Source of the DNA: Dimargaris cristalligena
Taxonomy: Eukaryota
Length of the DNA: 60,073 nt
Reading direction: 5' to 3'
Assembly (NCBI GenBank): GCA_003614675.1
Contig: ML002245.1
Span: 1 to 60,073 of the forward strand
Positions within the stretch are counted from its first letter, which is position 1. Each line of letters begins with the position of its first letter. This document shows, in pieces, positions 12,150 to 24,919 of the stretch. A program made the position numbers and the translations under genes. Under the pieces are notes generated by a model, which saw only the letters and a list, made by a program, of their open reading frames with translations, was not told the origin of the DNA and did no database searches.

Positions 12150-13911
12150 AGCGTGGTTCGGCGGACTGATTCGGAACTAAAGGGGGGAAGGGAGGGTATC
12201 ACGTACGAGACTTCTCGTCCTCATGATGGTATTTACGACGCATCCCCCTTGACTCGAGGTCCACTCGCTTTTCATTTACACTTTATTGCTATTATAACTA
12301 TTGTCATACTGTCCCTCCGCATTCCTCCTGCTGTGACTTCTTCTATACTCCCCATTGTACTCTGTATTTCTGTTTTTCTTAGCCGAAATATTACCACTGC
12401 GCTTGCCTGCAATTTACTAAATACCCCCTTTTAAAATCCAACTGAGATAAAATGAAGGAGCTTGGTAGGTGATACATTAGTATGGGAGAGGCTCGATCTC
12501 GTTGTAGAGTGAAGAAATCCGCTGGATGAGAAATGGCGGTGAGTTATATTAGTTGAAGATACGTTGACTAAAACCCCTCACTAGGATCCAAGTCCGATGA
12601 TACCAGCTGTCAAGTCGAGGTAGCCAGACCTCCGAAAAATAAACAGGGCTTTCGGGATATTTATTAGTCCATCTAAGAAGTTGAGGTATGGTTAAAAGCA
12701 TAGGAGGGAGGTAAACTGAACTTCCCAAAGTGTACCTAGTTTAGGAATATCCAAGAAATTACTGCTTTGTGACTGGGGGGGGCTGCCACGTCAGGAAAAT
12801 GGGGAAGTGTATATAAATAGGTAAGCATGACAAATAGATGGTGTCTGCACTGCTTAGCATACAATACATATAGATGAAATTTAACACAATCTTTCAAGAA
12901 TTGCAATAATTTTCGAAAAGCCTAATTAGTGAGGAGACTGGGGGCCTAACCAGTACAACCCGGCTCATTAAGCGAATATTTCACTATGGAGCCGAGTTGA
13001 ATTTCTTCGCCATGAAGAGCGGAGAAGATAAAATGAATAGGCTAATAAATGTTTCACGACCAAGTCCGTGTAATGGAAACAGGAGGCTAATAGCCAATTA
13101 TGTGGAATAGAGCTGGTCATATAATAGACCCACTCTCTCTGTTATTGAATTATAAACCATCTGTGATACGCTAACATGACTCCTTCGAATTTAAATTCAA
13201 GAAATTACCTATTAGACGAAATATTCACATTGGGCCACAAACCATTATCTTAAAATACTTTACCTGTTGATTCTACAATGGTATACTACTTCGTTGAGCA
13301 GAGGACCCCCCCCTTCAATCGAAAGGGGCATCCGAACATTCATCCACAACCATCAATTTTGAGGCAGCATCTCCTCACTAAACCATAAACACACTAAGCA
13401 TACCAGACAATGGCCGGGAAATCAAACCTGTATTGAGGAAGGTAACGGAAAGCCAAAAAAGTTGGAAAAAAAAAATGGACCACGAGTCACCAAACCCGTC
13501 AACCACGGAGCATCGAGGGTGGGATAGGGGAGATATTGGTTAGACAAGGGTGAACAAAGTGAGCGGAGGGGATGTTGATTGAAAAATTGATTTGAGGGAG
13601 GGTGTGTTTCTTGTATAGAAAATTGACTGTTTATAGAAGGGACAGGGAGGGGGAGGAGGGGCGTAATTGGGGGTTATAATGGACAAAGGCGCGGGAAAGA
13701 GTGGAAGTGAAGAACCTTGAGGAAGTTTACATGTTAATCTATAATAGATTAGTTAGGAAAGGGGAGGTTTTGGTTATACACCGCGCCCAAGAACATCCAA
13801 ATGAAAAAAAGACTCAAGGAAAAGAGACAACTCACTCATACACCTAGCCCACCCGACATCTCAGAAGTTGATGTTAAGAGGGGGAATGAGGGGAGAGGAG
13901 TGTCGGTAGAT

Positions 13912-14706
13912 TTAGAAGCGTTGCTTGTCGGCAGCCTTGGCCAGGAAATCGGTGTGTTCCTGGTAGGGGTCCATGGAGAACTTAGTCTTACCCCACAGGT
14001 CGGGAGTGAGGAAAGAGTAGGTGTTGCCAATGGCGACGAAAGTAGCCTTCACAAAGTTTCCTAGGGTACGGGTGGAACCACGGGACGAGGTGTAGCAGTC
14101 GGAGATACCGGCGAGCTGCAGAAGCTTCTTGGGCACGGGGGCGGCGACGATGCCGGTACCACGGGGAGCGGGGACCAGGCGGGTCAGGACGGAACCGCAC
14201 TTACCGGTGACCTTGACGGGCACGGTGTGGGGCTCACCCAGGTTGGTACCCCAGTAACCACGGCGGACGGGGATGACACTGAGCTTGGCCAGGATGATGG
14301 CACCGCGGATGGCGGTGGCGACTTCCTTGGCGCACTTGACGCCGAGACCGACGTGACCATCGCTGTCACCAATGACGACGAAAGCCTTGAAGCGGGTACG
14401 CTGACCGGCACGGGTCTGCTTCTGGACGGGCATGATCTTCATGACTTCGTCCTTGAGTTGGGGGAGGAAGAAATCCACAATTTGGTATTCCTTGACGGGC
14501 AGAGAGAAGAGGTAAATTTGCTCCATGGACTTGATCTTGCCTTCCTTGACAAGACGTCCGAGCTTGGTCACGGGGACCCAATCCTTTTCTTCATCTTTAC
14601 GTCCACGGCGGGGGGCACCACGACCACGGCCGCGACCACCACGTCCACGACCGCGACCAAAACCACCACGTCCACCACGAATATCGGCCGGAGCTGCGTC
14701 AGCCAT
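13912..14706 (-). CDS. RPS2: 40S ribosomal protein S2 (uS5), 264 aa
   Basis: RGG-rich N-terminus, [30 protein letters not shown] and [13 protein letters not shown]. The CDS is uninterrupted. Confidence 0.99.
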   Translation of the reverse strand: MADAAPADIRGGRGGFGRGRGRGGRGRGRGAPRRGRKDEEKDWVPVTKLGRLVKEGKIKSMEQIYLFSLPVKEYQIVDFFLPQLKDEVMKIMPVQKQTRAGQRTRFKAFVVIGDSDGHVGLGVKCAKEVATAIRGAIILAKLSVIPVRRGYWGTNLGEPHTVPVKVTGKCGSVLTRLVPAPRGTGIVAAPVPKKLLQLAGISDCYTSSRGSTRTLGNFVKATFVAIGNTYSFLTPDLWGKTKFSMDPYQEHTDFLAKAADKQRF

Positions 14707-14709
14707 TTG

Positions 14710-15160
14710 CTATAGTTGGAACAAGAGGGGCAGGTGGGGATGCATGTGCGCAGAGGAACAGGGTTAGTAATAAAGTAAGATAAAAAGGTTGACTCCGGTG
14801 TAGAGGAGAGATAAGGGTAAAAGGATAAGGGAAAGGGGAACAACCGGTCAGAATAAACTACTTTATGACAGCCGGACACAAGAACCATAGGAGAGCCCCC
14901 AGCCGAAAGATCGACCAGGGCGTCCGCGTGACACCCGTTGAGTGTAATACAAAGATGGGTGGGACTGGGGTATACGCGAAGGCCAGATCGCCGAGATACT
15001 TTGCGCGCAAGCCTAGCGGGAAGAAGGTAGGAATACTCAATCAAGGTGCAGACTCCAACCGGCGGCAAAACATCAACACGCGCAGTCTACCACCCTTTCC
15101 ACATAACTGTCGCCGTATGACCGGAAAAGCAGAACGATAAACGACGAGGTATCTACTAAC
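14710..15160 (-). other. 5'-UTR intron of RPS2
   Basis: On the minus strand: donor GTTAGT at 15160, canonical branch TACTAAC at 14769-14763, pyrimidine tract, and TAG acceptor ending at 14710, 3 nt before the ATG. The donor position is less certain than the acceptor. Confidence 0.7.
14844..15124 (-). ncRNA. Candidate structured intronic RNA element (unassigned)
   Basis: Five nested or adjacent helices read by eye, closed by a perfect 7-bp terminal stem CCGGUCA/UGACCGG. G-U pairs favour the minus (sense) strand. Confidence 0.45.
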
Positions 15161-17999
15161 CGAGACCGCACTACTATCCAATAGCGGAAATATAGGGCTC
15201 CTACGGCTATGTCCACGTTCGCCGTATACCAATCTCAGAGAGATCCTACTGCACATTCCGATCCCGGATGGACTTGGATCAACAGGAGGGAAATTGCAAA
15301 TGAATTCTTGTGCGGCGAGGGAAGAACCGAAGTCAGCTTGGACAACATACCGAGGACCAAAGCTGCGTTTTACTCCTTGGGGAAGGTGACCCCAGGTTAA
15401 CGATTCATATATATATAAACGACAATTATAACAACATCCTCCAACGCGGTAGAGATTCGATAGGGAGATTCAGAGAACCCCATCTGCGCTTGACATTCGA
15501 GAGACGTTACGATGACTCCATACCCCCCTAATAATATATATAAATATATTATATATACGGGTTGCTCGACGGCAATATATCCATGAATAATAACCGGAGG
15601 CAGAGACAGGTCATGGCCAACACCATAGTGAGATGAGGCTAGGGATGGGCAAGGGCAAGGCCAAGGAAAAGCGAATCCTTGGGATCCTAGGTCGCTTCAA
15701 CGGGATCGGAACATGTCGGGAATGTCAGGATCGTAACCGCGAAGGGGATCGGCTCATGGCGAGATTAAGTGGGCCCATCCGACGAAACGAATCTACTCGG
15801 AGTTATGCAGGGGGAAATAGCAGTCGACAGGTTTCCCCTTCCGTATGGGTCATACGGACTCCCGTCTTGGGTGGGTGGATGGATGGACGCCTCCGCCGTT
15901 CGTCTGTTCGGGGCAAAGTATCGTCGAAGATCCCGGCCCCGCACCCACTAGGGGGATGGATGGATGGATGGATAGGTCGCGTTGTTGGGCGGTGGACTTA
16001 CATATACTGTCAGATTTATAGAGGGGTGACTATAAGGAAAAAATGAGGAAAGAAGGAAGGACCTCGGTTATGCAGACATTAAGCCAACTTAACCATGGGG
16101 GCCTTCAAAGGGGAGGGCCCAAATAGTATCTGCGCGTCTCCCACCATGCTGGGCGAGCGAGCGTGTGCTGTGGATATTAACCATTCATTCATCCATGCAT
16201 ACATTCGGGTGGTGGGGTGGGACCATTGGGAATCCCAACCTCCCGGAAAATATACCATCAACCTAATCTAGGCCCCCCTCATCCAATGGCCAAGTCGGAT
16301 TAGGATCATGGCCCACTCTGTCAGTCTGCTTGGTCCACACTATAGCCCCAGCCCACTAATGGGTGGAATGTAGAGGAAGTATAGGTTAGAGGTGTCTTTT
16401 TTTCACCTTGGCTGGAACAACGCACAAGCCTGTTTTTTTCCAACCCATCTGCTGCTATTGACTCACGTGAACGGTCGGTTGGTGGGGGATGTTTCAGGCC
16501 TTGTGCACCTTTTCCTCTCCTTATCCGCTGCCATTAAATCAAGCCTCACTTCCGCTGCTCTATGCGTACATGATGTTTATGTTTATGCCTTGTAGAGGGC
16601 GGCCCACCCAAGGAGAGGGAGGAGAACAAGTCCACCGCTGTTTCGTTTGACATGGGTGTGCTTCCTTCGAGCCCTACAAAAGTATTCGTTCGGGACCATT
16701 TAAACTTTGGCGGTGCTTAACCCCTCCCCAAAACCGGGAGTCAAAGCATCTGGCAATCCTTTCTAGGCGCATATACGCCCTTTCTTTGCGACTTTGTCTA
16801 CTGCCGATGGATATTAATAGACCCGCATTTCGCCGGCAAGGGGTTATTCTATTTCTAAAGTATCGACTTTCCTCTGCCTTACCCTGTTTATCTTAACGGA
16901 ATGGCTAGACCATGGAGTCCCAGGCTGGCGATAGGATAAGGTAAGGCCAGGGGGGAACAAAAGGAGGTTGGGATTCACCCCACAACTCGAACCATACCAA
17001 CAAAACTAAACTAAAACAACTCTACAGAGCACAGAGCTACAGCAGGCGCCAAACTAACCCAAAGGGGTGGCGAAATAGGATTGACCAAGAAGCAGCAATC
17101 CAGAGAACGGACGGCAGGGAGGAGATAGGTAATGGCGTATTACTAATAACCAGTGTGAAATAAGGGGCCTTGGGGTTAAAGAGATTGGGCAGTTATGAGA
17201 GCGAGAGTGTGCGTGTCACTATCACTCCGCCCCTCCCCTTCATGACGTTAGCGATACATACCATACCGCCGTATATATCTTGGGTAACCATGACGACCTT
17301 GGCATGGCAATATCCAACCCGTCGCAAGCAGCACCCCTTACGCCTCCCGGTTACTCTCGAACGAACGGGTAGATGCTGACTAGCCAACTGCTCCAGTTCG
17401 AATACTATAACGTTCATTACCTTGCCCATGCTGGGGGCTCTCTCCCCGTAAACGTCGAATGATCGGCTCTCCATCTAGCTCTCAATGATTTAAATAACTA
17501 CCGGGATTCGCACCATTATGCAGTATCGGTACAGGGGGGGAGAGGTGTCGATGAGAATGCCATTTAATCTATGTGACAATCGCGGCTTCTAAGTTGCCTC
17601 TGCTCATTTACACCGCACTGCTGCTGCCGCCGAAAGGGTCACAAAGAGCGGATGAATGCTAATCCGCCTCTTTCGGTTCTCCAAGACTCTCGCTGTAGCC
17701 TACGCCCCTCCTTTCGTCTCTTCTATACATATAATCCGCTCCCCTCCGCCTCCCCGTCAACCTAACCATTCATTTTATTCACTCTTATTCTAGTTCATTC
17801 GCCTATTGGTCAGAGCCTAACCCCCCGCAGCACCCCTGTGCCCTCCTCCTCTTGTACAACTCAACTCAACCCTCACTTCAGCAGCATATACCCGTTTTAC
17901 CTGCATACAACCCCGCTGAATACAACAAACTCTCTCTTGTGTTCTCCCCTTTATTCTACCCCTTCTTTCTTCTCATATTATTAGACAACCCTTTCCACC

Positions 18000-19520
18000 A
18001 TGGCCAGTATCACTAAACGCTTCCGCCGGCCGTCCCGCGGCAACTACCAGGTCCTCGAAAGCGGTGACGGAATCCCCAATCCCTCGGCGTCTCTGACCCA
18101 GCGCATTGCCTTCCCCCTGGCCCAGGCCCCCGTTACTCTGAGCCCCTCCTCCAGCAACCACAGCCTCGAAGGCCCCTCCGCCGGCCGCCGGGGCCCACCT
18201 CGCATGACCAGCTCCAAGTCCGTCAACGTGCTCAACCGTGGGATGAGCAAGACCAAGTCGGCCTACCGAACCTCCAAAACCTCGCATAAATTAGCGTTAT
18301 TCCCCGACGAGGCCGAGGAGCAGCCGGGTCAGGTACTCAGCAGCTTCTACGGCGGTGACGACGTATACAACCAGCTGAACCAGCTCACCAACGAGGACCG
18401 CACCTCCCACCTCATTGACGCCGAACGCTGGCGCAAACTCCGTCGGGATACCCTGCCTCGCGTCACCGCTTACTGCACCGCTACTTCCTACGACCTCAAG
18501 GCCGTGTTCCGCTACCTGCAGTCGCGCAAGGAGTCGCGCCAGTCCGCCCCCAAATTGATGGACGAGTGCCTGTACTCCCCCTTCACGTTCAAACAGCGGA
18601 GTATCCCCATTGGCAACCCAACCTCGACAAGGAACGCTGAGTGTGACAATTTGGTCGACCTGTCCCCGTCCACTACCCCCCGCGAGGGCCTTAAATTGTC
18701 CACCTCAGTGACCTACGATACCATGTCCCCCGAAATGGCCGCTCGTAAGGACAGCGGTACCGACAACCAGAGCGACTACTTTGATCTCATCAAGGACCAC
18801 CTCACCAGCGAGGTGTTTGTCTTTGACTACGGTGTCATCGTCTTCTGGGCCATGACCCAGGAGGAGGAGAAGCAAACCCTGCGGGAACTCCGGCGGTTTG
18901 AGGTCGAGTCCCTGGATGCCATTGACATTGAAATCGAGGAATTCAATTTGTATTATAACCCCAACTTCCCCCCTATGATTTACAACGACGTCATTCGCCT
19001 GCGCCACCCCCGCAACTATATGGTCAAGATGGCCATCTCCCACGCGATTGCTCAGTCCGTCAAACTGACCTTGTACGAGGATCTGGTCGAAGATACCATC
19101 AACGACACCAATCACATTCCCCAGTTGATGGCCAAATCCGGCCGGGTCAAGATGTCCCGCTCGGCTATCATCAAAAAGATTGGTCAGCTGTTTATCATGC
19201 GCATCAACGTCAACCTGGTCAGTAATATTCTCGATACGCCCGAGATTTTCTGGTCCGAACCGTCCCTCCAGCCCCTCTACGACGCCATCCGCGGTTATTT
19301 GGAAATTTCCCAGCGTGCCGAAATCATGAACCACCGCGTGAGTGTCATCAGTGACCTCTTGGACATGTTGCGTGAACACCTCAACGGAAACCACGGCGAG
19401 TTCCTCGAATGGATCGTGATTATCCTGATTTGTATCGAGGTTGCCATTGGTCTGGTCACCATCTACTTCGAGTCCCAAAACCTGAGCCACAACACCGCCA
19501 GGACTTCGATTATGGGGTAG
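18000..19520 (+). CDS. RMD1: RMD1 / DUF155 family protein, 506 aa, intronless
   Basis: Motifs PRVTAYCTA.SY, VFVFDYGVIVFW, ISHAIAQSVKL, NLVSNILDTPEIFW and YLEISQR, with C-terminal TM 'LEWIVIILICIEV'. Confidence 0.93.
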   Translation: MASITKRFRRPSRGNYQVLESGDGIPNPSASLTQRIAFPLAQAPVTLSPSSSNHSLEGPSAGRRGPPRMTSSKSVNVLNRGMSKTKSAYRTSKTSHKLALFPDEAEEQPGQVLSSFYGGDDVYNQLNQLTNEDRTSHLIDAERWRKLRRDTLPRVTAYCTATSYDLKAVFRYLQSRKESRQSAPKLMDECLYSPFTFKQRSIPIGNPTSTRNAECDNLVDLSPSTTPREGLKLSTSVTYDTMSPEMAARKDSGTDNQSDYFDLIKDHLTSEVFVFDYGVIVFWAMTQEEEKQTLRELRRFEVESLDAIDIEIEEFNLYYNPNFPPMIYNDVIRLRHPRNYMVKMAISHAIAQSVKLTLYEDLVEDTINDTNHIPQLMAKSGRVKMSRSAIIKKIGQLFIMRINVNLVSNILDTPEIFWSEPSLQPLYDAIRGYLEISQRAEIMNHRVSVISDLLDMLREHLNGNHGEFLEWIVIILICIEVAIGLVTIYFESQNLSHNTARTSIMG

Positions 19521-21845
19521 AGAGTACCTCATCCCCTCGACCAAGTAAAGTAGATGCTTACTCCAGCTGGACCGATATTTAGATGCCCCCCTCCCCATTT
19601 ATAGAACACCGGGGTGTGTGAATAATATACGCTTCTGTAATTATTAGACTGTGTTCCACTTTGCTTTTTCCACTTGTACTTTTCCTACATTTATCGATTT
19701 CCTCGCATCATTCCCTCTCCCTCTCCCTTTCTCTTACTATTATTATTTTTATACATTTAGTTCTGCCTAGCTGATATCAGCGCACAATTTAGATGCTGGC
19801 GGACTCCCGTTTACCACCCTCTCCCTTTAACCTCACTGGATATCCGGGCCATCCTGTCCTTAATTTTTGTATTTTATACATCTGTCGCTGGCAACCTTGC
19901 CCATATGACACTTTTTTAAAATTCGCATTAAATTTTACTATGACCCTAGCAAATGGAAACGCCTTTACTACCTACCACTGGTGGAGAGAGACACCGTCGA
20001 TGCCAATGGCTAAAGAAGGCCACATCCACCCAAAGTCTATAGCTGAAACCCCGGTTAGCCAGTAAAAATACGCCTAGGCCCAACTGTGATATGGGGGCGG
20101 TTTTTTTTAGAGAGTAAAAATTTTAAAACAGATGGCGGGGGAATATTCTGGATATTCGGCGATTAAGTGGTAGGGGAGTGAATAGGAGGAATCCAGAATA
20201 GTTGCTAATCAGCCCTCGCCCTTACTCGCAGATAATAAACGCAAGCCGCTGTGGTTAGAAGAAGGGGATTGCCGTTGCCCCACTGGGTCCCATGGTTAGG
20301 GGATATATTTGGTGGTCATCATTATTCGAGAGGCAGAGTCCCCAATCCCAGTCGCGGCTAATTCCATCACTGTTTACGCGTTTGACTTGCGGGAGTTGTA
20401 TGGATCGGTGGGTCAGTGTATAGAAACTAGACGGGACAAAACGTAAACTCGGGGAAAAAGTGCCCACCGCAAACGACTATTGGCCTACTCTCTCAGTTGA
20501 TCTACTCTTCCACCCGGCCTGATACCCCATTTCTATTTAACCAGATTAAAGGAGATGCTTCTGGTAAAGCCCAAAGTCCACCGATGGATGAAAAACCACG
20601 ACCACGGGTGGTGTTGGTGAGTAAAATAAGGGCGGGTCTATACAACAGGCTGGATATCGCCCTTATGGTTAGATCCAACCATCAACTATTTGCTAACCAG
20701 GTTTTTCGATGCATAAAAAAATACATATCTAGGTAGCAAATCATAAATACAGGTGAATTAATTGACCCATTATTGTTGGTTGACTATAGGAGGGTTGATA
20801 AATTGCTAATGAGTCCCGTGATTCGATATTTAGAGATTGAATTTATACTTATAAGCAAAGAAATCGACTTTGATTATAGATCGATTGTTGTTTCACTCGG
20901 CATTAAAACCCCTTAAAGAAATCAAAATACTAATGTAATAATGTTTAATTGTCCACCTAACTAACCGACGTTGTGGTACCCATGTGCAATAGATAATCAT
21001 CCTTTGGATCGAATCTAAACGGATAGAACGGGTCTGGTAACCCTAAAATTCACCCCTGCACCCATCCCCATGTTTTTCTCCAACCAACCCAGGTAAGGTT
21101 ACATGGGCTGATTCATTCCAAGTGGAGTTGTGCATGGCACGTTTTAAAAACCAACACATTACATTTATCTAGTTTCAACAAGCATGTACCCGGTGGTCGC
21201 ATCATAATTCCTAATCTCTGATAAATATAGCAGGATTGCCCCCAATTTATCATTGGCTTGGCAGTCTAGGACTTCCGCGACTACACCGATAGTTATATTT
21301 CAATGTGTTTTGGATGTATACGTTATTATATCATATAATCAAACTCCGGAGATGAATGTTAGTTGATCAGATCAGTGATTGACCAATTTCAGGCCATATC
21401 CCATTAGGTTGGTAACGACGCAGTAACAATTTCACATGTGATATTATGGCCATATCTGCCCGACCCCCCCTTTTTAACTAGGCTTCCGGGGTAATTGTTA
21501 AGTACATTTGGTTCATATAAGTTTAATGTAAAGGTAATACTGATTTTGTTAAATATATCGGATTAGTTACATTTCTACCACAGTTCATCAATAAATCGGT
21601 AGCTTAGTGAATGTATACTATTCCACCAGCCCCCCCTGTATATAAAATGAATGGTCGTATCGCTTATCTCTAACCCTACCCCGCCGTTACTATTTAACCA
21701 TTACTCAATACTGACTTGCCCAATTAATCTTTCCCAACTGTAGAAGACAAGTCGAATCACCATTCATTATTTTGTCTAGAATCCTGCCGTAGTTATTGGT
21801 ACACCGCTTAACCCCCTAGGCGTACTTACTATAAACGCATCTAGT

Positions 21846-22221
21846 ATGAACCTATACGTTCAGACATTTGACGGTGAAATGAAATCGTTGGAAAAAGACC
21901 GTAAGTATGGTTTCTCTATTAAGGGGAAAATGCCCCGATTATAATCTCGGATATGTCAGTGGGATAAAACAATTAGACCGGCGCGAATGACACACTAATG
22001 CAGACTTTCCCTAACGAGAGTTGTTTTAGTGGTATTTCCAATGCTATACTGCTTTCTTAGGGCAGGTCGAATATGCAGAACACGAAAATTGTTACGTTCG
22101 ATTTATGGCCAAAGTCAAGGCAACCAATTACTTTTATAGGACCGTCACCTTTGTTGACCACAACGGATTTGAGACGACCTTTAAAGCCTACTCTATTATA
22201 TTCCGTTACGTCGATAACTGA
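21846..22221 (+). CDS. Possible small orphan protein, ~71 aa, 2 exons
   Basis: ATG 21846, strong donor GTAAGT at 21901, acceptor TTCTTAG at 22060. The product is MNLYVQTFDGEMKSLEKDRQVEYAEHENCYVRFMAKVKATNYFYRTVTFVDHNGFETTFKAYSIIFRYVDN*. TATATAAA lies at ~21639 upstream. An alternative acceptor exists at 22029. Confidence 0.4.
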
Positions 22222-24116
22222 GCTCTACAATACCCGACAAACCACCTTTTTTCACAAGGCAAATTATTATCGATAATCTCCCCCCCCTACTAAGTATCTG
22301 ATGTCTATTTTACTTCCATAAATTATTTAGGAGGTAAAAGTCAATATTTTTCCTATCTCAGAAAATCGGGTTGTGCATTAATGTTGTAATCCGGGACTTG
22401 CTGTAGCTGAAGCTCGTCACCACTTAGGAAAAAGTACAATTGTGGCCCCAGTACTATGTGATTCTAGGTAACTAGCACAATAATACCAATAAATGAAACT
22501 CACCTAACTTTAATATACAGCAATGAGGTAGCCCCATGCACAGGTCTCAAATACCTGATGGGAGGCATCCTTGCAGCCTCAAGCAAACCAGTACCTTGTT
22601 TATTTTTATATTAAAAAAATAAATAATTGAATGTAATGAAGAATCTGCAAAAAGGTTGTTGCACCAACTATTCCCAAGTGGTCACCCACCTCAGTACTAA
22701 ATTGGCTTACACGTACTTAACTGCGCAGATCTAACGGGATACGGTGCTAACACGCGAATATGGCCACAACCGAAAATTTATAGATTTGTCATTTTATAAA
22801 CGTATACATCCGCTCTTCGGTATTAAAAATGTGGCAGAATCTGACCAGGGTCATATAACCTCGAGGCGGAGTGTAGAACTGGGCAGTACTCGAAAATCTA
22901 TTATATTCCGTACCTTTAAAGTAAGTGTTGAAGTCCTCTTTGGTTCATACGTAACTACAGAGGTATCCCCGAATTTCGTTTCTCGTCTCTCTAAAAACCT
23001 CTCATATATTGGTTCCTTGAATCTAAGGCTTATTCAGGTTTTTTCATAATATACCGATTAATTGGAACTATTGGTTTCATGGCTACAGTGGATGTGTGTA
23101 TAGAGTAGCTGTATAATCATCCCGCAGTAGGCAATGGCTTATTAACCCGAAAGGTCAAATGTGTAAAATGGCGTGAAAGTGTAATAGTCCATGTCACTCA
23201 AATATGTTTCATCTATTAGTTAACCCCCGCCTATGCCGTCTTCACCCCCTTCTTGGTATAGCAGAGGTCTGCCTTGCGACCATATTACGTGCGTTTATCC
23301 AGGGACATGCCCTAATCCAACATTGCGAATATCCCGAGAAGGTTGCTCGTGCCTAGGCGACTTTTCGTAGCGCCTAGCGAGATTGTTGGGTAGATATGAA
23401 TGGCGCGACAGTACTTTCAATTCCCATATGAAACAACGAACACCTCCGACTTTCGACAATTACCACGACCCGCTACTCCGACATCCATCATTCCCAGACC
23501 CTAACCGCCGCACCTATGCTCAACCGTGTAACGGATGGGCAACCGTGACCATTAAAATGAGGATTGCCGGGAAAATCCCTCAACGAAATTGCCGGCAATC
23601 CCCACCCTCGCTTTCAACCACCATAAATACTCTAATAACTATGTCCTCCACATTACTTTAGGGGTTTCCGGGGTATTTTTTTTTTCAGTGTCGCAAATGG
23701 TTAAATTTGTATTGTGGGAGGAGGTTGGCGTCTTTCCCAATCATTCACCTGATTCGGAGAAAGTGTGACTAACGTCGTACGAGAGGTGGAATAGGGAGTG
23801 AGTATTGGAGAGAGGAAACGAGTGACTGCTTACTATTGATGGTTATGATGACCTACGACGCCCCGCACTTGACCTCAGCTAACCAACCATGCCCGTCGAG
23901 TTATAATAACCGCCCGATAGCCCGCTAAAGTTATTCTTGGACTGTCATTAATTTGCTACACTTGGCAACTTTAACTATACCAACTTATACTACTCGTTCT
24001 TTTCCCCAAATTTACTCCACATTTCTCACCTTTGTATATCTTGCTCGCCTCAATCGACCTCCACCGTACCCGCTATATTCGTTCCACCCCACTCCGCATT
24101 GTCTTCACTCCACACC

Positions 24117-24884
24117 ATGGACCCTGGTCTACCTAACCCCAACCCGTTGACGCCCTTTTGGCTGGAGCATAACCCTCTCAAGACGCATCGTACCACGCCC
24201 CACCTGCCATCCGAAGCCGACGTGGTGATTATCGGCAGCGGTATTGCGGGTGCTTCGGTGGCCTGGCATCTGCTCCGCCTTGCCGAGGAACGGGCGGCCG
24301 GGGTCCCCGCCCCCCGGGTGGTCGTTCTCGAAGCCCGTGAAACCTGCTCCGGCGCTACCGGCCGGAACGGCGGCCATATTATTCCCCTGCACTGCCGGTA
24401 CTTTAACGAACGGGTCCGTAGCGACGGTTTTGCTACCACGGCCCAAATCACCCGGTTCGAACACCGCACCTTAGAGCAGCTCCAGGCGCTGGTAAAGAAG
24501 TATAACATTGATTGTGAATGGCGGCTGAACGGTTGTGTTTTGGGAGCGCAGACGGAAATGGAATGGACAACGTTGCAGGCGGACTGGCGGGCGATGCAGC
24601 AGGCGGGTATCGGGATTCCAGCGGAAGTGTGGGACCGGGAACAGTGCCAAAAGGTGAGTTACGTCGCTTGAGGTCGAAAATGACCCGGGAGGTCAGGGAA
24701 CCACGTATGCCTATAGTATTCTTATACGAGGGTGCCAGATAATACATTAGGGTGTATGGTAGAAACGGAAACGAGGCCATTTCTTGAGATCCATTTTTTC
24801 AACTGGTTCTCTATAATCCCGTACTATTTTTACCCTGGGGCGTATACTACTATTAACCAACACCTGTTCTAAAAACCTATATGC

Positions 24885-24919
<35 letters not shown>

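Noticed and set aside
15026-15036. GUAUUCCUA similar to the snR30/U17 m1 motif
   Set aside because: There is no matching m2 (AAACCAU) or correctly placed terminal hairpin with an ACA box.
15870-15975. GGAT repeats
   Set aside because: Short simple tetranucleotide repeats with no spacer structure; not a CRISPR-like array.
18705-19598. 297-aa antisense ORF over RMD1, and similar antisense ORFs over PRE2, RPS2, the kinase and paralog B
   Set aside because: These are shadows of high GC3 codon bias on the real strand and show no recognisable motifs.
23346-23381. Small hairpin CTCG..CTAGGCG/CGCCTAG CGAG
   Set aside because: An isolated 7+4-bp stem is compatible with chance.
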